A DNA stretch of 64,000 bases from NCBI GenBank assembly GCA_964106645.2, contig OZ067041.1; one strand, 5' to 3'. The notes beneath the pieces are model-generated. The model was not told where the DNA came from, searched no databases, and saw only the letters and a program-made list of their open reading frames with translations. This DNA comes from Podarcis pityusensis (taxonomy: Eukaryota). This document shows, piece by piece, positions 24,873-36,121 of the stretch (within the stretch, counting starts at the first letter, position 1; each line of letters begins with the position of its first letter). A program made the position numbers and the translations under genes.

Positions 24873-25266
24873 CAGGGGTCAGCAAACTTACCGCGCCTTG
24901 GGCCAGTGTCTCCAGCGCCAATCGCGCGGCGGGCCGGAGGGCGGGGGAGCACATGCCCATACGCATGCGCACATGCTATTTCCGGTGCATTTCTGGGTCG
25001 GAGGAGCACTGGAAATAGCTTGTGCGCATATGCACGGGCCTCCTCCGACCCATATGTGCACCGGAAATAATGCTTGTTCATGTGCAAATAACGCTTGCGC
25101 ATGTGCTCAAGCTATTTCCGGTGCTCCTCCGACCCGAAAGAGGGCAGCAGCGCAGCGTCGGTAAGAGCAGGCGGCGGCAGCAGCAGGTGGCGGGGGTCTC
25201 CGCGAGTCAGATAAACGAGTCCCTTGGGCCTTATCCAGCCCGCGGGCCTTAGTTTGGGGACCCCTG
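24873..25266. mobile_element. Non-autonomous hAT (Charlie-like) DNA transposon
   Basis: TIRs CAGGGGTCAGCAAACT and AGTTTGGGGACCCCTG; 8-bp TSD TCCTAGCC (24865-24872) and TCTTAGCC (25267-25274), one mismatch; CpG-rich interior with repeated ATTTCCGGTGC and CCTCCGACCC motifs. Confidence 0.85.
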
Positions 25267-26585
25267 TCTTAGCCATATGAAGGTCGGATAGAGACTGGGA
25301 ATCAGGAGTGCTGTGACTGTGTGGGAGCTGTGGGCAAAGAGGTAGTAGACATGTTCAGACATTCAGAGAAGAGACTATGGGGCTTGAGTATCTGAAATGT
25401 TGCTGTCTGAGTGCCCTGCCTGAGCACATTCAGGCACATAGCCAAGTTGCTGTTGATTCATTACATTTCTTACCCACCCTTCACCATGGGTAGGTTACAG
25501 TGATTTTAAAATATTGAAAAAAGTCAAAACAACTTACAGCCAAGAGAACAGAGTGAGTCCTAAAATATATAGCTCAGGTGTCTTAAGGCCAAGGTAGAAA
25601 GGTTGATGGATGACCCAGTACTTCCCACTGGTCACAGAGGTGAGAACCATGAAGTTTGTTCTTAATCACCTCTCACAAAAACCGAGATGCATCTCCATAC
25701 TTACAGGAAGTGCACTGTAGACTTCATAATGTATATAAACAGCAGGAGCAACCCCCTTAGCACCGAAATAATTCAATTGCTACTTAACACTTTCTGAAGA
25801 AGTAGGTTTTTAGTGCTAGCAAAATAAATTGCACAAACCCAAATAATAGACTGTTCCACATATTGAATTATTCAAGGATTTCCTCTGCTTCAAAATAACC
25901 ATTTTTAAATGCTCAGCTCCTTGCTATTTGATTTAACCTTAACTTGGGCCCCCTGGAGCCTGGTAAACTTGGAGAGCTTTGCTCCTTTTACTGGATTCTA
26001 AATTAACTGTAGCCACTCAGGAAAAAGACCTGAACATTATCATGTACAATTCAATAAAAGCGCCTATGGTTTGAAAATGTTGGGATGCATGTGGAACAGA
26101 ATAACAAATCACGCTGAAGAGAAATGTAATGCTATTAATATTACTTGAATCAATAATAAGCTTCTGCCTGGAATGCAGGGTTCAGTTTTGCTCAGCTTAT
26201 CTTAAAAGACCTATTCCTAAATTATGAAAGATACAAAGAGAGGCAAGAAGCATAACTGGCTAAAAACAGTTTTGAGAGTTTTATATCGCAGGGGAAATGA
26301 TCAAAAGGGGTTGACACAGGTGCATGTTATGTAAACAGAGAAATGGTCCTTAAAATGCTATTTTCTATATTTATAGTGATATTTCGCTCTTTTGCTTTAT
26401 GCTGTCATCAATAGTCACTAGTGTTAGGCACAATGAAAACCAAACTATACAGAGAGGGGTGGATCCAAACTTGTGATCAGCAAGTTTCTGCTTGAGGGGT
26501 CAGGGATGTGATTTTTGCCAATTCCTATCTAGAGAGCATTGATCCTTAGCATGAATCTTACTTACATATTCTGTTGGAAAATATC

Positions 26586-26637
26586 GGCTGATGAAGACTA
26601 TTTCGAAACAGTAGTATCATTCCAGAGACACTGTCCT
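26586..26637 (+). ncRNA. Degenerate hammerhead-like motif (possible old PLE remnant)
   Basis: CTGATGA-A-GA(CTATT)TC-GAA-ACAGT...ACTGT-C: both cores, a 5-bp stem III and a GUC triplet, but stems I and II are only about 2 bp. Confidence 0.35.
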
Positions 26638-29600
26638 TTTTAGGCTTTTGAGACGTCTTCTGTTAAAACTTTTGAAAGACTGTTGTGAGACTGTCCTTAG
26701 ACATCTGTTTTGAACACATGGCTTGATGGTCCTTGCTACCACTCTGTTATATTGTACATATGAACTTTGATTGGCTTATTCCTGTAATTTGAATGATATC
26801 ATTATTCTATTATATATTCTCTACAAACTATTAGCCTATGTGTTGTGTTTGTATTGTAAAAATATGCTCCAGCAGGTTGGCAGACCTCCAGAACAGTGTG
26901 AGGGGTGGCACTGGTGTATGTGTGCAAAAATAGCTTCCCCACCTTCAGCAGGTAGTCTCTACTGGATCCTGGTTCCTTCCACAAATGGAAAGAGGGCTTC
27001 CACTCACAAGGGCAACCATGTATCCAACCAAATTTCCTCCCTTTGCTTATTAATCTAAGGTTACATATACTTTCACCTCTCTGTCCTTCATAAAGTAAAA
27101 CCAACCACTTTCCCTACATTTATGGGATTCCATCCAACACTCTACCTCCCGTATCTTCAAATGCCATTGATAATATCTGGCAGGAAAACAAAGTGCTTTT
27201 ATAGCAAGCTCTTTTTGCTTAGAAAGCCATATGTTATAAAATATGAAGGCATTATTACCAGCAATATGTTGGTAGTCATTTATAACTGTTATTAGTATCT
27301 GTCTTTTAAAACAGATGTGGCTAGATTTGAATGTAAATAAAAAGTGAGCCAGTTCACATATGTAAAGTGACTGCTTCACCCACACTTTGTGTTTTTTGTT
27401 TTGTTTTTTCATTCTATGCATCTTTCATCCATTTCAGTGAGATCTGGATGCTTCATGGAGATAACATGCAACTATTCCTTTTATTTCTGTGATCACAAAA
27501 GGTACTGATATCATCCCAGCAATGGCTTTGGTTTTTCCGTGTGCAGATCATTTTACATTGGCATTTCTTCATGTGACTTCCCCCTCCCCCATGCAAAATA
27601 TGTGAACTGCCCCATAAAATGAATTAGCGATATAGCTTGTCTCTACCAGTATGTATATTAAACAGCTACAGTAGCAGCAAGTACATTACAAAATGAGCAA
27701 ATTTCCATGCTTTACACTAATGAAGCCTCAAAAAAAGGTTTTTGTGTAGAAATGTACTTTGTTGTCCTTGGTTTTGTTCTCTGCTCCCCTCCTCCACTGG
27801 CAGAGAAAGGGGGGTGCGGTGGGTGCTGTCCGCCCCAGGTGTCATCCCTGAGGGGGGTGACATTGCTGCGCCACTCCACTGGGACACCCGCTGCAGGTGG
27901 TATCTCCCTGGGATGCTCGCCCTGCCCTTGGGTGCACAAGGTGCCAGAGCAGCTAGCTCCGCCTCTGCTCCTCCCCCCCATTTCCTCTATCTGTGCCATG
28001 TTTTCCTGCGTAATTTAGTATGATAGATGCTAACTTCAATCTCACAATATATATGACTCCCTTTCTCCTTGCCTTCATTTGTGCTGCTGCATTTCACTCC
28101 ATTGGCAGTATCTGAGAAAATGTTCTCAGGCTCCTACTTACCTGTTCTAAGCTACCCTGCGATAAGAGATATTTTCCAAATATGTAAAGGAAGCCAACTG
28201 ACTGTACTTGTCAAAGAAAGGCTGAAATGACAGGCATATGTTTAGGTAACACGCCAGCCTTCCTTTGCATGCTGCTGTCACCTATTCTGAAGTTACTCAA
28301 GATTAGATTTGAAGCAGTGCAAAAAGGCACTGGGCAGGCAGATTGCTGCTGCTTTGAACTCTATGTATCAGATTGACTTCTCTGCCAGATATTATTAAAC
28401 TAGAGAATAGCTGGTGGATGTTAGTGGGTCAGGCTAGGATTTCTTTCTCCTTTTAAATCATTCATCAGCTTTGGGAGAGTTTGCATTGGGCTAGATAACA
28501 TATAACCCAACTTCACTATTGTCTGCTTTTTGTAACTGTTCACATCATTGTGGATAACTTGGTTCTGACTTGTTGCAAATCTGTGGTATTTTATTTCTTT
28601 TGTGGACTGTTATCTTGTTACCCAACAGGAGCTCATAATTTGATTTTTTTACATGAAGGCTAGACATCTTACAAATCAGCTCACCAATGTAGTTTTGCCC
28701 TGTTGCAGCCCTTTAATAGCATAGGCTGGCATATTTTCTATATTTTGCTTATGCTGGATATCACATCTTTTCTATTACTTTTATGGGATCTTCTATATTT
28801 GGGAGGAAAAAAATCTGACCTAGGGGCTTCATTTTTAAATATATTTATATTTGTGCATGTTTGAAGGGTATCTTCTCTTGGTTCAGTTTTGCTCATTGTG
28901 GTGGAGGAAGAAAGATAGAAAAAAGAATATTTTTTAGTTTAATTGGCCAAGTTTGTGCTAATGATGCTCATGGCTTGAAGGGTTTTCTTTTAAGTTTAGC
29001 ACATTGTCATTCTGCCAGCAAATGCTCAAGGTGACTTAATTGTATTCTGGTTGAGACTCTACCCCTGCAGTTAGTTTTTTCTTGCAGTTCCTTGTGTGCT
29101 GAGGGATTGGGTTTAGATGCAGCTGGAGGAGCAATAGCCTCACACACGAAGGTGAGAGAGGATAAGGTCCCGAAGTGGTGGACAGAATGCATCAAGAGAA
29201 CTTAAGTTACCATGCCTTTCGCCACTAAAACAGTCTTCCTGTTCTTTGTAGGGACCCTAAAATAAGAACATTATAAGGTTCTTGAGATTTAATATTATTG
29301 TGTGCAAAGCCTGGAGGAAGGCTTAAAATTTGGGCTAGGGGGCATATAAATTTACTTTTTACTTTTTGAATACTAGTAGAAATTAGAAGCCTGGAGACTT
29401 CTCACAGTATCTGATAGTTTGCTATTCTTCTCTTCATGGTAGGATTGAGGGTGACTTGGGACAGTGTTATTGCAGGGATACTTTGCAGTTGGCAAGTATC
29501 TGCTTTCAACCTCAGCTGCTGGTCAAAAGAGCTCCATGGCTCTACTGACCAACCAAAGTGGTTCTGCTGCCTTCTTCAGTTACATTCACTAATCCTCACT

Positions 29601-30369
29601 ATAAAGCTTATCTTATTTGGTTGAATCAGCAGCTGGCAGTGGCTTGTCCATGGGGCCCAGGGGAGGCTGCATGCAGATCTTTATTGAGAGTGAAGCAGCT
29701 GATTGAACAGCAGCTGAAATAACAGGACTGGTATGAATGCTGATAGAGAATATGAAAGCTTCAGGTATTTGCAGAAGTCACCTGAGGACAAGCATATTAG
29801 CCTACCCCTGGGAATAGACTTGAAATACTGAAGATATATTCTAACCAGCTTTTCACACAGAACCTCAAAACCATGTAGTTATTAACGGCTTCAAAGCCTG
29901 CCCTAGACACAACCTAGTTCCAGATGCCGTTCGAGATGTATTATCTGAATAAATACAATTAGCCACAGTGCTGATTGCTGTTGGGATGTGGGTTACTAAG
30001 AGGTCAGGGGCCATGGAGAAAGTTCTCTCCTACCATTTTTTTAGTCTCCGTTTCTTAAAAGAAAATTATTTAATTAAAGGATACTTTGAGCATTGATGCT
30101 GGACTAATCCCTACTCATCCGTCACACACCAGGAAACCCTAGGGTTTAGGAAGGGCAAGCTAATTAATTTCTTTTTCTGTGTGTTGCCCTTTTAAGTGGA
30201 ATGCACCTCCAAGTCAGCTGCACAAAAATGCAGTATGTGAAGGTATAGATATGAGGAAGGAAGGAAAGTATCTTGTGAGGATGGCCAGATGCAGAAGAGG
30301 CCTGCGCTCTCTTGCACCTTTAAACAGTTGTGTAAAAGAGGGAGTTTTGGTGGGGGGTGCAAAAATATA

Positions 30370-30568
30370 TCCAGTGAAAGGAGAGTCCAGCACCACCCAA
30401 GGCAGTCTGTTCCACAGTCAAACAGCATGTTCAGCCAAAATCTGCTTCCTTGCAACAACAACAACAATACCACTTTATTATGGTCATAGACCAGCCTAAG
30501 GAGGGAGGGGTACAATCTTTTAAAATAATCTGAAATCTAAAAAACACACCCAAAAACTAAAAGAAGTT

Positions 30569-30617
<49 letters not shown>

Positions 30618-30830
30618 TCCTTGCAATTTCCCAGCACTGGTTCTAGTCCTGTCCTCTGTTATAACAGGGAACAGGTCTGCTTTATCTTCCTCATGATAGC
30701 CCTTCAGATATTTGAAGACCGCCATCATGTCTCTCTTTAAACCTGTGTCCTGAAGGCTTTTTCAGATGCCCCTCATAGGGACTGGTTTTGAGATCCTTTC
30801 ATAATTCTGGTTGCCCTCTTCTTGACGTGT
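30370..30830 (-). mobile_element. Old CR1 LINE fragments
   Basis: AAGGAGAGTCCAGCACCACCCAAGGCAGTCTGTTCCAC and GCCCTTCAGATATTTGAAGACCGCCATCATGTCTC are reverse complements of motifs in the + strand CR1 at 31058; interrupted by a (TG)n tract. Confidence 0.6.
30574..30615. repeat. (TG)21 microsatellite
   Basis: Perfect dinucleotide run seen directly. Confidence 0.97.
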
Positions 30831-31057
30831 AAAATTAATTTCTCCCCAAACTAGGCATAGGACTGGGTTCAACTAATGAGTTCCGCTAGTGCAATGGGAC
30901 TTTCCCCATTGCCTCCACACACCTCAGACTGGCTTGGGTGTGGTGGTTGTTAGGAGATTCCAAAGAATAGCAGGCAGGGGGGAGAGGTGGTGGTGGTGGT
31001 GGTTTTATTACCCACCCTTCACCCTAAGGTCCCAGGGTGGGTTATCACAAAAATAAG

Positions 31058-31610
31058 ATGTGTCCTAACAATATACTGCATCAACAGAAGTATAGTGTCC
31101 AATCAAGGGAAGTAATAGTACCACTTGGAATACTGTGTCCAATTCTGGGGACCACAATATTAGAAGGATGTTGACAAGCTAGAATGTATGCAGATGAGGG
31201 CAAACTAGGCCTTATGAGGAGCGCTTGAAGGAGCTGGTTATGTTTAGCCTGGAAAAGAGGAGACTGAGAAGGAGATGTGATAGCCATCTTCAATTATCTT
31301 AAGGGGTGTCACATGGAGCAGGGAGCATGCTTGTTTTCTTCTGCTCTGGAGGTAGGACTCAAACCAATGGCTTCAAGTTGCAAGAAAGGAGATTCTACCT
31401 AAACATTCGAAAAAAACTTTCTGACAGAGCTGTTTGGCAGTGGAACAGACTCCTACAAGAGGTGGTGGACTCTCCTTCCTTGGAGGTTTCCAAACAGAGG
31501 TTGGATGGCCATCTGTCATGGATGCTTTAGCCGAGATTCCTGCTTTGCTGGGGGTTGGACTAGATGACCCTTGGGTTCCTTTCAACTCTAAGATTCTATG
31601 ACTCTGTGTT
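31058..31610 (+). mobile_element. CR1 LINE 3' end (internally deleted)
   Basis: ORF remnant GRTQTNGFKLQERRFYLNIRKK...WNRL..EVVDSPSLEVSKQRLDGHLS; terminal GGTTGGACTAGATGACC...TTCAACTCTAAGATTCTATG. Confidence 0.9.
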
Positions 31611-31719
31611 CCACAGGTAAGCAGAAATTCTTGTGCTGATGGAGCAATCTGCATATTATTATGTTGAATTCCTCCCACCGTACTCTAGATGCGGCAGAAT
31701 AGAACAGAGTAATTGCTTT

Positions 31720-32130
31720 CCATGATTTCTGCATGACTTTTTTAGCAGCAGCATTGCCCACCTAGCTCATGTTCATCCTGCGATGCCTGTATACAATCCC
31801 CATGTACTGCTGCCAAGTCAGGGCTCTCCTGTCATATATGTGTGTTTTTGATTATTTGTTTATTAATCTAAATGAAGTGCTTTACATTTATCTTTTTTGA
31901 ATTTCATCCTGTTGGTTTTGGTCAGGCATCCTAGCCTGTCCAGATAATTTCTTTCTTTAATGATGGTGGCTACCTCTTCCAGTAAGTGCCATCGGCAAAT
32001 TTGATAAGCACCCCTTCTGCTTCCTCGTCCAATTTACATAAAAATGTTGAGCAATACAGGGCCAAGGACAGAGCCCTGGAGCATTTTACTCCAGTTCAAT
32101 GTTCAGCAACTAATGAGCATTCATCAGGTA
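31720..32130 (-). mobile_element. Old CR1 LINE reverse transcriptase fragment
   Basis: CATCGGCAAATTTGATAAG (reverse of the LIKFAD RT motif) and ACAGGGCCAAGGACAGAGCCCTGG (reverse of QGSVLGP). Confidence 0.7.
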
Positions 32131-33062
32131 CATGAGCCTATAAAATATATACTGTGTAGCTAAGTAGGCTCGGTTTTTACATAGAATTCATTGTTATGAA
32201 TATTAATGTGATATTCTGCAAATAAAATTGTTTAATAATGATTAGTTATTGTGCAAGTTCACTTGTTGTCCCATAATGTGCATCTTCTTGTAAGACAAAA
32301 AAATGAAGTAACATTTTCACTTAGAAAACAAAAAAAAAGAATGGGTCATCATTCCTGATGTTATTGGGTGGTGTCTCATAAACTTTGAAGCAATTTAATA
32401 TAGTCATTAGACAGGATCTTTATGAAATTGTGGAAGATTGATGATTGCTTTCAAACCAAAATTGCTGAATTCATGCCCTTTGTTCTAAAAACTGCAATCT
32501 CAAGGAGAGAGTAAAGGATTTCTTTAAATTGTTACCTGTCACCATTCAGCCAGGGCCCCTTATCTAAAACTTGTGGTTATATACTTTTTTTATGAAATAA
32601 GCTTAGATCTAATCAAATGGAATTGTAAATACAGTGAATATATACAGCCTTTGATGGTATAAAGCAAGTTATGACTCTGTCGTATCAGACAAGGCATCAT
32701 AAATCATTAAACTACTAATTATCCATGAAGGGACTGTAATAATGTTAGGGCTGACAGAATATTCCATCCAAGTAAAATTAATAAAGTTTTCATACAAGGT
32801 TTCGAGTACCTCTTTGCAGCTCTATTTGAGACTTCACATACACTTTACATATGGACTTGCTTTAGAAACTGTCATGCTAATCAAACAATTAAGCAGGGAA
32901 TTTCCACTTGCTGTTCGTTTGTCTGAAATCTTTCTTGGTGTTATCAAGGAAGGATACAAAATAATTTGTACAAATCAAGATCACCACCCTTCTGTACCCA
33001 CTTCATCTACAGTAAAGAAGCATCCTAATGTGTGGTATTCAAATAGGTTTTACTCAGAGTAG

Positions 33063-33165
33063 ATCATAGAATCATAGAATTGTAGAGATGGAAGGGACCC
33101 TGAGGGTAATCTAGTCCAACCCCCTGCAATGCAGGAATCTCAACTAAATAATACATGACAGGTGG
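33063..33165 (-). mobile_element. CR1 3' tail fragment
   Basis: ATCATAGAATCATAGAATTGTAGAG...CTAGTCCAACCCCCTGCAATGCAGGAAT; ATTCTATG tail repeats on the minus strand. Confidence 0.8.
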
Positions 33166-33366
33166 AAATCCAAGGGATAAGAGGACAAATCCTTGGCTTA
33201 GTAATTGGTTTAATAATGGGAAAGCATAAGGCAGATTCTCACAATGTAGGCTCCTCTTTCACATGTCACTCCAAATGCAGGACCAAGAGGGTAGGCAACA
33301 TTGGGGAGAGAGCTGGTGGATCTGGTGCTAATCTCCATTTATAAACTACCAGATGATCATTTAAAC

Positions 33367-33502
33367 CAGGCATAGGCAAACTCAGCCCTCCAGATGTTTT
33401 GGGACTACAACTTCCATCATCCCTCGGTAACAGGACCAGTGGTCAGGGATAATGGGAGTTGTAGTCCCAAAACATCTGGAGGGCCGAGTTTGCCTATGCC
33501 TG
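33367..33502. mobile_element. Palindromic hAT MITE (136 bp)
   Basis: Long near-perfect TIRs CAGGCATAGGCAAACTCAGCCCTCCAGATGTTTTGGGACTACAACT...; perfect 8-bp TSD ATTTAAAC at 33359-33366 and 33503-33510. Confidence 0.92.
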
Positions 33503-36097
33503 ATTTAAACACCCTTAAGCCTCCTCCCTCAGTAAAGATAGTAAAAGTTCTGCACATATCAAGGAAGCCCGTTTACTATGAAGCAAGACGATTGACATTC
33601 ATATTTAGAAGTGTAGGTCTTGAGATCTTAAGTAAATTTCATAGATGCACAGCTCCGTTGAACACTGTCATTTCCCCTCTGATTTTCTAAAACTTACTTC
33701 TCACTAGAAGATAATAATAATAAGAAGAAATAGAATTGTCTTCCCTTTCACCCAAAACAAGCCACTTAAAGTGTCTGCCTCACTCTTCCTAATGGTAAGA
33801 TCAGTCCTGCAACACAACAGGCATAATTTGTTTCTTTTCTGTTCAAACAGCTGTGGGGTTTTTTTCCTTTGACAAGTTCACATTCTTTATTTTCTGTGTG
33901 AACTAAGGCCCCAATGAAGTATAGTTAGGTTAGGAACATTAGGTCCTAGAAACCTTAAATGTCAAATTACCTGAGGTAGCAGCTTGGTAGAGGCTGCTAA
34001 GCATGAAGCAATAATGGTTGGAACTATTTATTTGTCCACTCTCCCTCCTCTCCCTTCAGACAATCATTCTAGGTACACATTTGGCAGGTGGTAAATTAAT
34101 GTAGTGCCATTTCATCTCCTTTATGCAGAGCATTTGGCTGTTAATAGGTAGAGATGTGGAGTGAGAGCTAATACTGTGTTCAAGCTTGTCTTACGGCAGG
34201 CTGCCAGAATTTATATCTTTGCTTCTGTGTAAGGCCAGTTGTAGCTTATAAAAATGATGTTGATTAATTAAACCACAGTTCTACTGCATTAGTTGAAACA
34301 TTCAGAACCAAGTGATTGCTTTGCAAAGAATGAAGAATAAATGCAAAGTTTCTCTTGTCTTAATCCATCTATGTAGGGTGGTTAGCTGAGTCCATTTTGA
34401 AATGCTTCCTTTTTAGGAAGTGATAAGCTCATTTTGTGGCTTGCATATCTCTATATATCCTGAGAAACATGTGACCCTGCTTAATGCTACTGGCCAAATT
34501 GTGTGTGCTGAGGGGGTGGTTTGTGCCCCATGAGTACCATGAACATTTGCTAAAGCAAGTATTTCTCACTCTGAATCTTAAATTGGACATCAATATAATA
34601 AGTTCATTGGGTTTGTTCTTGCATATGTTGAACTTGGGGAAATGTCCCCACTCAGAAAACTGTTCACTTTGGTTCCTTTGGGCATGAATGTTTCTCTACC
34701 TTATTTCCCCATTAGAATAATAGAATATTAATTATCCTCCTCTTGGGCTTATTTTGATCATGGTGCATGCATAGACACACACAAGCCTATGAAAGGAAGG
34801 AGGCATGAAATTAAAGGCAATTCAAATCTGTTTATGAAATTCTCCTAATTAAGGGAATTACACATTCAAGATCACAGGTGGAATGCTGCTGCACAGAGAA
34901 AATGCTTTAGTGGGTGTAGGGTTCAATGTGTCAGCTTTCACATCCTCATTATAAGTGGGAAATTAAGTAGACTATTTAATTGCAGGCTCAGGGTTTAGTG
35001 CACATACGATCTGTTAAAAACAGATAATGCCTAATGATAGCTGGTCAGTTTTCAGGCATAATGGTTTGATAGCTGCTTTGAAACATGTGTCATCGTAATA
35101 CCCATTTCCTATAAAGGTGGCTGCTTGATGATGATGATGATTATTATTTTAAAAAAAGTTTTATGAAGAAAAGATGAATTGTTATGGCAACATCAGCATT
35201 TAGCATTGTTAAAAATTACATGTTCTAATAGTTTGGCCAATATGATGGCTGTTTTCAATAATTCTTATGCTCCATCTCCCAAAAAATAATTCTGGGTTTC
35301 TTTTAGGGGAGGTTGATTCTCCAACCACTCTGTTCTTAGTTTGTCTGAGTTCCATCCTAGGTTCAAATTGTAGGACTTCAGTGGTCCTAACCATGAGTGT
35401 AAGCTGAGCTTTAAAAGTGGCCAGCAATGTACAAAAGAGCCCTGCCTACTTAACTGATACCTTTTATTGCAGAGAGAGCCTGTATGTATACGACTTGTAT
35501 GTCTGTAGACTCTGTGCAGAGGCCTGATCAAAATGTGATGGTTGATGAGTGGTGTCTGCTTGACATGTTGATATATTTTCCGATTGGTCATCTGCACTGG
35601 GCACAGTAAGAGATTGTGGGGACAAAGGATAGACTTGCAAACTAGTGGTCAAAGGCCATAGTCTAGCTAAAGGAAGTTGCAAACAAATCCCATTGAGATC
35701 ATTGGGACAGATTAATCATAACAACTAATTTAAGTTCTATAGGTTTCAACAGCTGGATCAGTACTATTGCTTGTCTAAAAAATTATTGGTGATAGAGAGC
35801 CAGGTTCTGGCAGTAATTATGGATTTATTTCAGAGAAAAGAATGTGATCTTCAAATTTTCGTCTAGGAAGCCTGAGAAAATACATTTCATTTAGAATACC
35901 CTTTAAAGATGTTTGTGTGCCACAGTATCTTCTATTGTAAACATCATTTCTTGGCTTTATTTCATTTTTTAAAAACCCAGCAGAGCTATTAATTTTCATT
36001 TTCTTCTGCTCTAAATGGGCAACTATCCAATGACCTAAAAAAACCTGGCATGTACTATAGATTGTGTGCTGTCACTGCTTATGCCTGTTCTTTGCAG

Positions 36098-36121
36098 TTT
36101 GGAGTGATCAGGTGGTGTCAG
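36098..36121 (+). CDS. Candidate 24-nt frame-preserving microexon
   Basis: Acceptor CCTGTTCTTTGCAG preceded by TGC motifs; donor CAG|GTTAGT; open in phase 0 (FGVIRWCQ) and phase 1 (xWSDQVVS). Confidence 0.25.

Noticed and set aside
33971-33992. let-7-like TGAGGTAG seed
   Set aside because: Match limited to 8 nt; no precursor hairpin.
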